Source: Candidatus Multivorans sp. (GTDB lineage Bacteria; Acidobacteriota; Thermoanaerobaculia; Multivoradales; Multivoraceae). From it: a stretch of DNA of 64,000 nt. The stretch lies in NCBI GenBank assembly GCA_965247095.1, contig OZ251997.1, forward strand, positions 1,280,001 to 1,344,000, in the 5' to 3' direction. The notes under the pieces were generated by a model that did not search any database, had not been told where the DNA came from, and was given only the letters and a program-made list of their open reading frames with translations. Each line of letters begins with the position of its first letter. The stretch's first letter is position 1. This document shows, piece after piece, positions 40,634-54,301 of this stretch. Made by a program: the position numbers and the translations under genes.

Positions 40634-40681
40634 CGTCCGACCGGTCGGACGCTTGACAAGCCCCGTTTCCACCCCTACCGT
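40634..40681 (+). promoter_or_regulatory. 18-bp perfect palindrome abutting a sigma70-type promoter
   Basis: CGTCCGACCGGTCGGACG (40634-40651); TTGACA (40653)-17 nt-TACCGT (40676). Confidence 0.65.
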
Positions 40682-40711
40682 GGCTTCACCGATGCAAGAC
40701 AAGGAGGCGCC

Positions 40712-40801
40712 ATGACACCGCCGGGCCATCTCCCGCCCCCGGCCCGCCTGAGGCAAAACGCTCAGGGCGCCAAGCCGGGGGCCGCCAAGTCCGCAGCCTG
40801 A
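40712..40801 (+). CDS. Putative 29-aa small ORF
   Basis: AAGGAGG at 40701-40707 then ATG; MTPPGHLPPPARLRQNAQGAKPGAAKSAA*. Confidence 0.35.
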   Translation: MTPPGHLPPPARLRQNAQGAKPGAAKSAA

Positions 40802-40967
40802 GTGGACGAATGACATCCGGCCGCTCGACCGTCGCCTGAATCGCCTGAGCGTCCATCGGATCAGTTGATCTGAATCGGACCGCGCCGAGGCCAACGAGAA
40901 CGAGTCGAGGCCCAGCGGGCGCCCAACGCCCACCGCGAAAACGCATCCATCCAGGCCGGGGACACAC

Positions 40968-40997
40968 TGAGAGCGCAGGTTCATACCTGCGCTCTCA
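40968..40997 (+). terminator. Perfect 13-bp hairpin, terminator-like
   Basis: TGAGAGCGCAGGT-TCAT-ACCTGCGCTCTCA followed by TTGCGTTT. Confidence 0.55.
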
Positions 40998-41087
40998 TTG
41001 CGTTTACGGGGCGGGAACTCTCGCGGACTTCCATCGCGCCCCTCAGCCGGATCGGGGTTCGAAGGGCCGTTTTCCGTCTAAGTCCAT

Positions 41088-42605
41088 GTGATCGCTTTCA
41101 TGAGTTCCGCGACCCCGTGGGGCATCGAGGCGCGAGAGGTCCAGGTCGAGGTCGGGGCCGACTTCGGTCTGCCCGCGATGCAGTTGATCGGGCTGCCGGA
41201 CACCGCGGTTCGCGAGAGCCGCGACCGGGTGCGTTCCGCGATTCGCAACAGCGGCTACGACCTGAAGAACCGCAATGTCGTCATCAACCTCGCCCCCGCC
41301 GACCTGAAGAAGGAGGGCAACCAGCTCGATCTACCGATCGCCCTGGGCCTCCTGACCGCACACCGCGAACTGACGACCGATTCGCTGGAGGGCCGGATGG
41401 CCTGTGGCGAACTGGGCCTGGACGGCGAGGTACGCCCGATCCGGGGAAGCCTCCAGGTCGCCGAGTTGGCCCGCCGGCTCGGCATCCGCGAACTCCTGCT
41501 TCCGGCCGCGAACAGCCGGCAGGCCGCGGCGCTGTCCGGGACACCGGTGGTTCCGGTCACCCATCTGCGGGAGGCGATCCAGCACCTGAGCGGCGACCTG
41601 GTCATCGGCCCGGCGACTCCGCTCCCTCGTAGCGAGACGAGCGGCGCGACCCCGGACTTCTCCGACGTCCGGGGCCAGGAAACCGCCAAGCGAGCGCTCG
41701 AGATCGCGGCCGCGGGCGGACACAACGTCCTCTTCGTGGGTCCGCCGGGCACCGGCAAGACGATGCTCGCCCGCCGGCTGCCCGGCATCCTGCCTCCGCT
41801 CAGCGAAGCGGAAGCGATCACGGTAACCAAGATCCACTCGCTGTCCGGCTCCGCCCGCGGCAATGGACTGCTGTGGACGCGCCCCTTCCGCAGCCCGCAC
41901 GCGGGGGTTTCGTCGTCCGGGCTGATCGGCGGCGGCTCCATGCCGAGACCCGGAGAGATCAGCCTCGCTCACGGGGGCGTGCTGTTCCTCGACGAACTGC
42001 CCGAGTTCCGCCGCGATGCGCTGGAGGCACTGCGCCAGCCGCTCGAGGACGGCGCCGTCACCGTCGTCAGGGCCCGGGCCAGGCTCACCTTCCCGGCGCG
42101 CTTCACCCTCGTCGCCGCCTGCAACCCCTGCCGCTGCGGCCATCTTGGAGATCCCCGTGCGGAATGCGTGTGTACGACCCGGGACATCGACCGCTACCGC
42201 CGTCAGCTCTCAGGACCTCTGCTCGACCGCATCGATCTCCACATCGAGATGCCGGTACCCAGCCTCGAGGAGCTCAAGGGGCCGGCCTGCGAGACGTCCG
42301 CCTCGATCGCCGAGCGGGTGAAGGCGGCCCGCCGTACCCAGGCGTCCCGGTTCCCTGCCGGACATCCGACGCCGCTGAACAGCGCGATGGCGCGCCGGGA
42401 CCTCGATCGGCACTGCCGGCCGACAACCGCCGCGCAGAGCCTCATGGACGCCGCGTTCGAACGCCTGGCGATGTCCGCCCGGGCGCTGACCCGGGCGCTC
42501 AAGGTCGCTCGCACCATCGCCGACCTGGACGAGTCCCCCAAGGTCGACGTCACTCACGTTGCGGAAGCAATCCAGTACCGGCCACTGGATCGCAGCGGAC
42601 CGTGA
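41088..42605 (+). CDS. comM: YifB/ComM Mg-chelatase-like AAA+ ATPase
   Basis: GLPDTAVRESRDRV, NLAPADLKK, GPPGTGKTMLA, PGEISLAHGGVLFLDELPEF. Confidence 0.93.
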   Translation: MIAFMSSATPWGIEAREVQVEVGADFGLPAMQLIGLPDTAVRESRDRVRSAIRNSGYDLKNRNVVINLAPADLKKEGNQLDLPIALGLLTAHRELTTDSLEGRMACGELGLDGEVRPIRGSLQVAELARRLGIRELLLPAANSRQAAALSGTPVVPVTHLREAIQHLSGDLVIGPATPLPRSETSGATPDFSDVRGQETAKRALEIAAAGGHNVLFVGPPGTGKTMLARRLPGILPPLSEAEAITVTKIHSLSGSARGNGLLWTRPFRSPHAGVSSSGLIGGGSMPRPGEISLAHGGVLFLDELPEFRRDALEALRQPLEDGAVTVVRARARLTFPARFTLVAACNPCRCGHLGDPRAECVCTTRDIDRYRRQLSGPLLDRIDLHIEMPVPSLEELKGPACETSASIAERVKAARRTQASRFPAGHPTPLNSAMARRDLDRHCRPTTAAQSLMDAAFERLAMSARALTRALKVARTIADLDESPKVDVTHVAEAIQYRPLDRSGP

Positions 42606-42740
42606 CGTCGAAGCGGAAGGCGGCCGGGCGGGGCTTCCCCTCCGCCCCGTCCGGCCGCCCCCCTGACGACCGGCGAGGTTTGCTGCTAAAGTACCCCGGT
42701 CGGTCCGGTACACGCCGCCGCCCCACGGAGGTCCGGGTCC

Positions 42741-42769
42741 TTGACACGGCTCCGCGCAGGACGGATAAT
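42741..42769 (+). promoter_or_regulatory. Sigma70-type promoter for the M23 peptidase/secA region
   Basis: TTGACA-17 nt-GATAAT. Confidence 0.65.
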
Positions 42770-42845
42770 ATTCGGGTTCTTCGATACCTCGCGCTTCGGT
42801 GGTCGACGCTTGCAGCGACTCAGCCTCTGACAGGCTCTCTTCAGC

Positions 42846-43733
42846 ATGCGATCAAGGTTCCACACGATTGTCTTCGTTCCGCAATCCCAGAAGCGGACGC
42901 GGCAGTTCCGCGTCAGCAGTCGCTGGTTGACAACCGCCGCGGTCGTTGCCGCCCTGGTACTGGGCTTTGTCGGCTGGGCCACCGTCGCCCAGGTGCGGTC
43001 GGCGGTGGAACTCCGCGAGCTCGCCCGCATCGAAAGGGAGAATCAGGAGTTGCGGCGGGCCAACGATTCGTTCGAGGCCAGCATCTCGCGCCTGCAGCAG
43101 GCGCTGACCGACGCCGAGGACCGCACCCGGGACCTCGCGATCGTCGCCGGCCTCGAGCAGATGGTGGGTGGCGAACCGGAGAACCGCCCGTCCGAAAGCG
43201 GCGCCGGCGGCAGCTACGCGAACCCTACGGCGCCCAACAGCCACGACCTGTCAGTGCTCGAAGCCCGAGCCTCCCGGCTCGACGGCCAGCTCGACGAGGT
43301 GAACGGGGCCGTAGAGGATCGCCTCATCCTGCTCCGTTCGACGCCCATGACCTCGCCGGTGCGGGGCGTGATCAACAGCGGCTTCGGCTTCCGCCGCGAT
43401 CCGATCACGGGGCAACGCTCCCACCACGACGGCATCGACATCTCGGCCGACCGCGGCCAGCCGGTCTTTGCCACGGCCGACGGCATCGTCGTCCGCGCCG
43501 AAAGGACGGGCAACCTGGGGCGCGCGGTCTACATGGTCCACCGCTTCGGCTACGAGACGCGTTTCGGTCACCTGTCGAAGATCCTGGTCGAAGAGGGCCA
43601 GGAGGTCCGGCGCGGCGACACGGTAGGCTGGGTCGGCAACTCCGGACGCGCGACCGGCTACCACCTGCACTACGAAGTCCGGCTCAGCGGCGACACCCGC
43701 GACCCGTTCGAGTTCATGCGAGACCAGGGTTAG
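42846..43733 (+). CDS. M23 family peptidase with TM anchor and coiled coil
   Basis: HDGID, FGHLS, GNSGRATGYHLHYEV. Confidence 0.93.
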   Translation: MRSRFHTIVFVPQSQKRTRQFRVSSRWLTTAAVVAALVLGFVGWATVAQVRSAVELRELARIERENQELRRANDSFEASISRLQQALTDAEDRTRDLAIVAGLEQMVGGEPENRPSESGAGGSYANPTAPNSHDLSVLEARASRLDGQLDEVNGAVEDRLILLRSTPMTSPVRGVINSGFGFRRDPITGQRSHHDGIDISADRGQPVFATADGIVVRAERTGNLGRAVYMVHRFGYETRFGHLSKILVEEGQEVRRGDTVGWVGNSGRATGYHLHYEVRLSGDTRDPFEFMRDQG

Positions 43734-43851
43734 CGGCAACGCCGTGACGGCGAAAGTGCCGCGCCCCGGGCACTCACCAACTGAGAATCGGCGAACCGTC
43801 CGGCGGTGCTAGCACCGCCGCCGGCTCACCATCTCAACCGGAAACGAGTCG

Positions 43852-46683
<2,832 letters not shown>

Positions 46684-46717
46684 CTGCGCCACCGCCTCTC
46701 AGTTGATAGCGTTCGGC

Positions 46718-48199
<1,482 letters not shown>

Positions 48200-48214
48200 G
48201 CCCCGCTCCGCGCC

Positions 48215-49447
48215 TCAGGCCTGCCAGGCACGGGGATCGAGATCGTAGGGCAAGGGTGTGAGATTCGTCATGCCATCCTCCGTGACGACCACGAGATCCT
48301 CGAGCCGCACGCCCCAGCCGGCTTCCGGGTCGTAGAGACCGGGCTCGATCGTCACCACGTCGCCCGACAGGAATTCCTCCGTGCCCGGTCCGGTCTCCCG
48401 GAAGCTGGGCAGCTCGTGCAGTTCGTAGCCGACTCCGTGTCCCAACAGGTGGAAGTAGCCGGTGTGCGAACCGGGGTTCTTGTCGGGCACCGCGAAGCCC
48501 TCGCCTTCGAACCTGCGGCACACCCGCTCGTGCAGGGTCCAACCGCGCACACCGGGCCGGACCGCCGCGAGACTGGTCTCGAGCGCCTCAAGCACCAGGC
48601 CGTGCGCCCGCGCCAGACCTTCCGGCGGCTCTCCGACGCAAAAGGTCCTGGTGCAGTCGGCGAACAGAAGGCCCCTCGGGAACAGATCGACGACCAGGGA
48701 CTCGCCGGCCCGCAGGACCCGGTCCGGCGTGCCGGTGCTGTGTCCGGTCGCCCCCTCCTCTGCCGGGGCGACAATCGAACTCTCCGGCTGTTCCAGGCCG
48801 TGGCCGGCAAACACCGCGGCGGCCCGGGCCTTGACCCGAGGCACGGTTACGCGCTCCTCGCCCAGCCAGAGTTCGCCCCGCTCCCGCGTCGCACTGCCGG
48901 CGAGCATCCGCGCCACCGACGCGAAAGCCTCCACTGTGGCGCGCGCGGCGGCGGCGATCCCCTCGATCTCGCTCCCGGTCTTGGTCCGGCGCAGGGCCTG
49001 CATCAGCCCGCGTCCCGAGACCGGCGCCCGCTTCGCCTCCCGCAGTGCGCCAGCCACCGCCACCGCCGAACCCGCCGGCGGTCGGCCGGCGAGGGCGACC
49101 CGGCCGGTACCGATCCCGGCCCGGTCGAAGGCCGAGTTGAGCGCCGCGATGAGGATGTCCTCGTGGCTCTTCCCTTCGCGGCGAAGGGTCTCCATGTCGA
49201 AGTCCGCCGGGTGGATCAACTCGACGCCGCCGGCCTCCGCCAGGGCCGCCTCCTCCCGCTCCATCGACGTGAAGTAGACCAGGCGGGCGCCCGAACCGTC
49301 GGCGAGCACGCAGGCGGCCCCCAACCGTGCTCTGCCAACGAAGGGAAGCAGGTCCGGGTCACGGCTCGACCCGGCGAGCACCAGGAGCGCCTCAGCCTGC
49401 GCCTCGGCGAGCAACGCCTCGAGGACTCCGCTCCGCGGCCAAGTCAT
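48215..49447 (-). CDS. M24 Xaa-Pro peptidase family protein
   Basis: VVDLFP, ADCTRT, HLLGHGVGYELHELP, TIEPGLY, GVRLED. Confidence 0.9.
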   Translation of the reverse strand: MTWPRSGVLEALLAEAQAEALLVLAGSSRDPDLLPFVGRARLGAACVLADGSGARLVYFTSMEREEAALAEAGGVELIHPADFDMETLRREGKSHEDILIAALNSAFDRAGIGTGRVALAGRPPAGSAVAVAGALREAKRAPVSGRGLMQALRRTKTGSEIEGIAAAARATVEAFASVARMLAGSATRERGELWLGEERVTVPRVKARAAAVFAGHGLEQPESSIVAPAEEGATGHSTGTPDRVLRAGESLVVDLFPRGLLFADCTRTFCVGEPPEGLARAHGLVLEALETSLAAVRPGVRGWTLHERVCRRFEGEGFAVPDKNPGSHTGYFHLLGHGVGYELHELPSFRETGPGTEEFLSGDVVTIEPGLYDPEAGWGVRLEDLVVVTEDGMTNLTPLPYDLDPRAWQA

Positions 49448-49467
49448 CCCGGCGCCTCGCAGCCCCC

Positions 49468-49797
49468 TCAGACGTGGTCGTCCAGGAACGCCTGGAACCG
49501 GATCTTGGGGGCCGCGCCGGTCATGCGCCCCACGATCTCGCCGTCCTTGAACAGGATGAAGTGCGGGATCCCCTGCACGCCGTAGCGCACGGCAACATCC
49601 TGGGCGTGGTCGACATCCAGCTTGGCGATCCTCACCCGGCCGCCGTACTCATCCGCCAGTTCGTCGAGAACCGGCGCCACCATGCGGCAGGGGCCGCACC
49701 AGGTGGCCCAGAAGTCGACCAGGACCGGGCTTTCGGCGCCCAGCACCTGATCCTCGAAGCTCTGACTGTCCACGTTGAAGATCTGTTCGCTTGCCAT
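49468..49797 (-). CDS. trxA: Thioredoxin
   Basis: VDFWATWCGPC. Confidence 0.95.
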   Translation of the reverse strand: MASEQIFNVDSQSFEDQVLGAESPVLVDFWATWCGPCRMVAPVLDELADEYGGRVRIAKLDVDHAQDVAVRYGVQGIPHFILFKDGEIVGRMTGAAPKIRFQAFLDDHV

Positions 49798-49846
49798 GGG
49801 GTTGGGTTCCTCGTGTTTCCTCGTTTCAGGGTAGTTGATGCCGGCA

Positions 49847-50794
49847 TCAACCGGAACTCTCGAGACGGCGAAAGTACTCCCGCGCCGCGTCGGCGTCACG
49901 TCCTATCTGCGCGGAAAGATCCATCATCGACGAGAACAGCTTTTCCTCCCGCAGGTGCCGGCAGAAGGACACGTCCACGCGCTCGCCGTACACATCGCTC
50001 GAGAAGTCGAGGATGTGGCTCTCGATGACCCGCCGGTAGTTCTCGTACACGGTCGGCCGGGTGCCGATGTTCGTCACCGACCGGAAGGTCGCCTCGAAGC
50101 TGGGGAAGTACACCTTGGTCACGTACACACCGTTGTGCGGGTAGAGCTCGCTCTCGGGCGCCAGGTTGATCGTCGGCCACCCGAGCCGCTGTCCCATCCG
50201 GTCGCCGCGGGCGATGGCGCCCGTCATCGTGTACGGGCGTCCGAGCAGATCGTTCGCCTCCGCGATCCTGCCCCCCACTACGAGGCGGCGGATCCGGCTG
50301 CTCGACACCCGCTCGCCGCCGGAACGCACCTCGTCGATCTCCACCGCCGCGAAGCCGCAGGACTCTCCCATCTCCCTGAGCAGCGCCATGTTGCCCTCGC
50401 GCCGGCGGCCGAAGGTGAAGTTCGAGCCGACGTAGAGCTCGGAAACCGCAAGCCGGCCGTGCAGGAAGTCGCGCACGAACGTCCGCGCCCTGGTGTTGGA
50501 GAACTCGTGCGAGAAGCGGATCGTGAGCACATAGTCGACGCCCGCGGCCGCCAGCAGGGCCTCCTTCTGGTCCTGAGTCACCAGGCGCGGCGGCGCCTCC
50601 TCGGGGCGAACCACGCTGAGAGGGTGGGGATCGAAGGTGATCACAGCAGACGGAACGCCGACCTCCCGCGCGCGGCCGGTCACCATGTCGAGCACGCTCT
50701 GCTGGCCGATGTGGATGCCGTCGTAGTTGCCGATCGTGGCGATCACGCCACGCGGGAGTTCGGTCGACTTCATCGCGTCTCGGATCGCAGGCAT
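49847..50794 (-). CDS. ribF: Bifunctional riboflavin kinase/FAD synthetase
   Basis: IGNYDGIHIGQQ, TFDPHP, VSSSRIR, LGWPTIN, NIGTRPT. Confidence 0.95.
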   Translation of the reverse strand: MPAIRDAMKSTELPRGVIATIGNYDGIHIGQQSVLDMVTGRAREVGVPSAVITFDPHPLSVVRPEEAPPRLVTQDQKEALLAAAGVDYVLTIRFSHEFSNTRARTFVRDFLHGRLAVSELYVGSNFTFGRRREGNMALLREMGESCGFAAVEIDEVRSGGERVSSSRIRRLVVGGRIAEANDLLGRPYTMTGAIARGDRMGQRLGWPTINLAPESELYPHNGVYVTKVYFPSFEATFRSVTNIGTRPTVYENYRRVIESHILDFSSDVYGERVDVSFCRHLREEKLFSSMMDLSAQIGRDADAAREYFRRLESSG

Positions 50795-52275
50795 CAGGGA
50801 TTCGCCCTCACGATGGCCGGCGCGGTGCCCGCGGTTGTTGTCTCCAGTCCGACGATCCGGCCCACCAGGTCGTCGGCGAACGCATCGGTCACCTCGACTT
50901 GCGCGATCCGCCCCGCGGCGACATCGGCCAGCGACAGGTCGACCGTGCCGCTCCCGGCATCGCCGGCGCCGATGTCGTTGATCAGCACCCGGCCGTCCAC
51001 GTCCGGCGCCATGCCCTGGTGCCGGGCACAGAGCAGGTGCTCGGTCTCCTCGCAGGGTCCCTCGATCAGCATCGGCAGCGTTCTGCCGACGAAACGTTGG
51101 CGGCGCTCCAGGGCGATTGCCCGCTGCAAGCCGAGCAGCCGCTGCTTCCGCTCCTCCGCCACCCGGCGCGGCACCTGGTCCGGCAGCGCCGCCGACGGCG
51201 TATCGCTCTCGCGGCTGTAGACGAACGCGCCGAGGTGATCGAAGCGAACCTCCGAAACGAAGTCGAGCAGGTCTTCGAAGGCCGCGTCGTCCTCGCCCGG
51301 GAAGCCGACGATGAAGGTCGTGCGCAGGCTGACTTCGGGATCGAGTTCGCGCGCCCGCTCGAAGATCCGCCGGTAGCGGTCCGCGGTACCGCCCCGGCGC
51401 ATGGCGCGCAGCATCCGCCGGTCGCTGTGCTGGAGCGGCATGTCGAGATACGACGCCACCCTGGGTTCGGCCGCCATCAATTCGAGCAGGGCGTCGTCGA
51501 GCGTGGTCGGATAGGCATAGAGGAACCGGATCCACTCCGCGTCCGTGCCCGCGAGCAGCGCCTCCACGAGACGCGCCAGACCGTGACGGCCGTAGTCCAG
51601 GTCCTCCCCGTACCGGGTCGTGTCCTGGGCCACGAGCACGAGTTCGCGGGCCCCGCGCGCCACAAGATCGCGCCCCTCCGCGACCAGGCTGTCCACCGCC
51701 CGGCTGCGTAGCCGGCCCCGCCACACGGGAATGGCGCAGAAGGTGCACGGGTTGTTGCACCCCTCCGCAACCTTGAGGTACGCGTAGCCGCTCGTAGTCA
51801 GCAGCCGGCTGTCCCGGTGATCGAAGACCAGGTGGGACGCGGAAGGCGCCGCGGCCGGAGCGCCGCCGAGTTTCACCAGGGAACCCACCTGGCGCAGGGA
51901 GTCGAGATCGACGAATCCGTCGATCTCGGGGATCTCGGCCTGAAGTTCCTGGCCGTACCGGTTGGCCATGCAGCCGGCGACCAGAACCTGCCGTACAGGC
52001 GCGCCGCCGTCGGACTTGCGGGCCGCGGCGTCCAGAATCGCTTCGATCGACTCCTCCCGGGCCTCGTCGATGAAGCCGCAGGTGTTCACGATCACGGTCT
52101 CGGCCTCATCCAGGTCCGCGACCAGCCGGTAGCCCTGGCGGTCCAGTACGCCGAGCATGATCTCGCTGTCGACGTGGTTCTTGGCGCAGCCGAGGCTGAC
52201 CAGGCCAACCGCGGCCCGGCGCCCCGGCACGCCGGACACAGCAACCGGATCCTCCCTCCTCGGGGGGGTCGACAC
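50794..52275 (-). CDS. rimO: Ribosomal protein S12 methylthiotransferase
   Basis: SLGCAKNHVDSE, NTCGFI, AEGCNNPCTFCAIP, C-terminal TRAM (APDVDG). Confidence 0.95.
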   Translation of the reverse strand: MSTPPRREDPVAVSGVPGRRAAVGLVSLGCAKNHVDSEIMLGVLDRQGYRLVADLDEAETVIVNTCGFIDEAREESIEAILDAAARKSDGGAPVRQVLVAGCMANRYGQELQAEIPEIDGFVDLDSLRQVGSLVKLGGAPAAAPSASHLVFDHRDSRLLTTSGYAYLKVAEGCNNPCTFCAIPVWRGRLRSRAVDSLVAEGRDLVARGARELVLVAQDTTRYGEDLDYGRHGLARLVEALLAGTDAEWIRFLYAYPTTLDDALLELMAAEPRVASYLDMPLQHSDRRMLRAMRRGGTADRYRRIFERARELDPEVSLRTTFIVGFPGEDDAAFEDLLDFVSEVRFDHLGAFVYSRESDTPSAALPDQVPRRVAEERKQRLLGLQRAIALERRQRFVGRTLPMLIEGPCEETEHLLCARHQGMAPDVDGRVLINDIGAGDAGSGTVDLSLADVAAGRIAQVEVTDAFADDLVGRIVGLETTTAGTAPAIVRANP

Positions 52276-52281
52276 AGTTCG

Positions 52282-54153
52282 CTACGAGGCGGCGGCAGCC
52301 GTCTGGCGCGGCTGTCGCGCCGACGGATCGAGGGCGGCCAGGAGTTCCTCGCGCCCGACATGCTGACCCTTCATCACGTCCTGCGCGGTGCGGTACTTCA
52401 GCGCGTCGTCGTTGTGCCACAGCTCGTGGAAGAGCTGCTTCACCCGCCGTCGCGACATGCGGCAGAAGAGGTCGCACAACGCCGCGGACCGCTCCGCCGA
52501 CTCGGCGCCCTTCTGCGCCTCCGTATGGGCCCGGGAGATCGAGGCGGCCATGGCGAAGAGTTCGTTGACCACGTCCACGAGGCGGAACAGGAACATCTGG
52601 CGCCGCTCCATCTTCTCGCGGTAGACGAGCATGCCGTGGAAACTCTCGCGCGCCAGCTTGCGCGCCGCGCGGTCGATGAAGCGGAGGTGCCGGCCGTAGC
52701 GCCCGTAACCGGCGTAACGGGGCCAGCGACCCCACGCAAGCCACCGCGTCGGATACCACCAGGCGTAGAAGAGACCGATCTTCGGCAGCGCCGCCAGCTT
52801 GGCGCCGAAACCGGCTCGCTTGTCGATCAGGGCACCCGCCACCTGCAGGTGCTTGTCCACCGCCTCGCGGGCCATGATGAGGTGCATGATCTCGCTCGAG
52901 CCCTCGAAGATCCGGTTGATCCGGAAGTCGCGCATCATCCGCTCGATGCCGACCGGCTCCTCACCGCGGTCACGCAGGGAGGACTCCGTCTCATAGCCGC
53001 GGCCGCCGCGCACCTGCATCGTCTCGTCGATGATCTGCCAGCCGCGCCAGGTGTTCCACTCCTTGCAGGCCGCGCTCTCGAGCCGCAGATCGAGCTTCTT
53101 GTTGTTCGCCATGTGGCTGGCCAGCTTGACGATCGCCTCCATGGCGAAGCCGTAGGCCGCGATGTCCGAGATCTTCTGCGCGATCGCCTCGTGCTTGCCG
53201 ATCGGCACGCCCCACTGAATCCGCGTGCTGCTGAACTCACGCACCGCCTTCAAGCAGTACTTGGCGGCGCCCACCGAGCTGTTGGGGATCGACAGCCGGC
53301 CGTCGTTCAGGGTGGTCAGGGCGATCTTGAGTCCCTTGCCCTCCTGGCCGATCAGGTTCTCCTTCGGCACCTTCACGTTGTCGAACTGGATGATGCCGTT
53401 CGCCAGTGCCCGGAGACCCATGAAGTGGCAGCGGCGCTCGACCGAAACTCCCTCCCAAGCGGTTTCGACGACAAAGGAGCTGATCTTCTCGGTCACGGGA
53501 TCCATCGCCATGACCACCAGGAGACCGGCCTTGGTGCCGTTGGTGCACCACAGCTTGGTGCCATTGAGCAGGTAGAAGTCACCGTCGAGCACGGCCGACG
53601 TCGCCAGCCGGGCGGGATCCGAACCCACCTCCGGCTCGGTCAGGGCGAAGGCGGAGATCTCGCCCGCCGCGCAGCGCGGCAGGTACTTCCGCTTCAGCTC
53701 CTCGGTACCGAACAGGTTGAGCGGCTGCGGCACCCCGATCGACTGGTGAGCCGACAGCAAAGCCGTCAGGTTGCCGTCGAAGGCGCCGATCAGCTCCATG
53801 ACCTGGGCGTACTCGACCTGGTCGAAGCCGAGGCCGCCATACTCGGTCGGGATCTTCATGCCGAAGGCGCCGAGCCTGGCGAGACCGTCGATCACGTGAT
53901 CCGGGTAGTCCTCCGAAACGTCGATCTCGATCGGATCGACCTCACAGCATAGGAAGTCGCTGAGAGCCGAGTAGAAGGACTCGAACTCCGGGCGCCACTC
54001 GTCCCGCGTGGGGTAGGGGCAGATCAGGTCGAACCGGAAGTTGCCCAGGAACAGCTCCTTCATGAAGGACGGGTTCTTCCACTCCTTCTCGCGCGATGCT
54101 TCGGCGACCGCCCGCGCCTTCTCTTCGCTCACTCGAACCTGTGGCTGGCTCAT
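52282..54153 (-). CDS. Acyl-CoA dehydrogenase (VLCAD/ACAD9-like long form)
   Basis: AFALTEPEVGSD, LNGTKLWCTNG, GGRGYE, RINRIFEGSSEI. Confidence 0.93.
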   Translation of the reverse strand: MSQPQVRVSEEKARAVAEASREKEWKNPSFMKELFLGNFRFDLICPYPTRDEWRPEFESFYSALSDFLCCEVDPIEIDVSEDYPDHVIDGLARLGAFGMKIPTEYGGLGFDQVEYAQVMELIGAFDGNLTALLSAHQSIGVPQPLNLFGTEELKRKYLPRCAAGEISAFALTEPEVGSDPARLATSAVLDGDFYLLNGTKLWCTNGTKAGLLVVMAMDPVTEKISSFVVETAWEGVSVERRCHFMGLRALANGIIQFDNVKVPKENLIGQEGKGLKIALTTLNDGRLSIPNSSVGAAKYCLKAVREFSSTRIQWGVPIGKHEAIAQKISDIAAYGFAMEAIVKLASHMANNKKLDLRLESAACKEWNTWRGWQIIDETMQVRGGRGYETESSLRDRGEEPVGIERMMRDFRINRIFEGSSEIMHLIMAREAVDKHLQVAGALIDKRAGFGAKLAALPKIGLFYAWWYPTRWLAWGRWPRYAGYGRYGRHLRFIDRAARKLARESFHGMLVYREKMERRQMFLFRLVDVVNELFAMAASISRAHTEAQKGAESAERSAALCDLFCRMSRRRVKQLFHELWHNDDALKYRTAQDVMKGQHVGREELLAALDPSARQPRQTAAAAS

Positions 54154-54301
54154 CGACTCGGCTCCTGTTCGATGCATGAAACAACATGTACCCTGCGCAT
54201 CAGCGCGGCGAAGACGCCGCGACTCTACTGCTCACTGGCAAGGGCTGGCCCGACGCGCCGGGACGGGCGCATTGTACCCGGCGGCGCCCGCCGCCGTCCT
54301 G

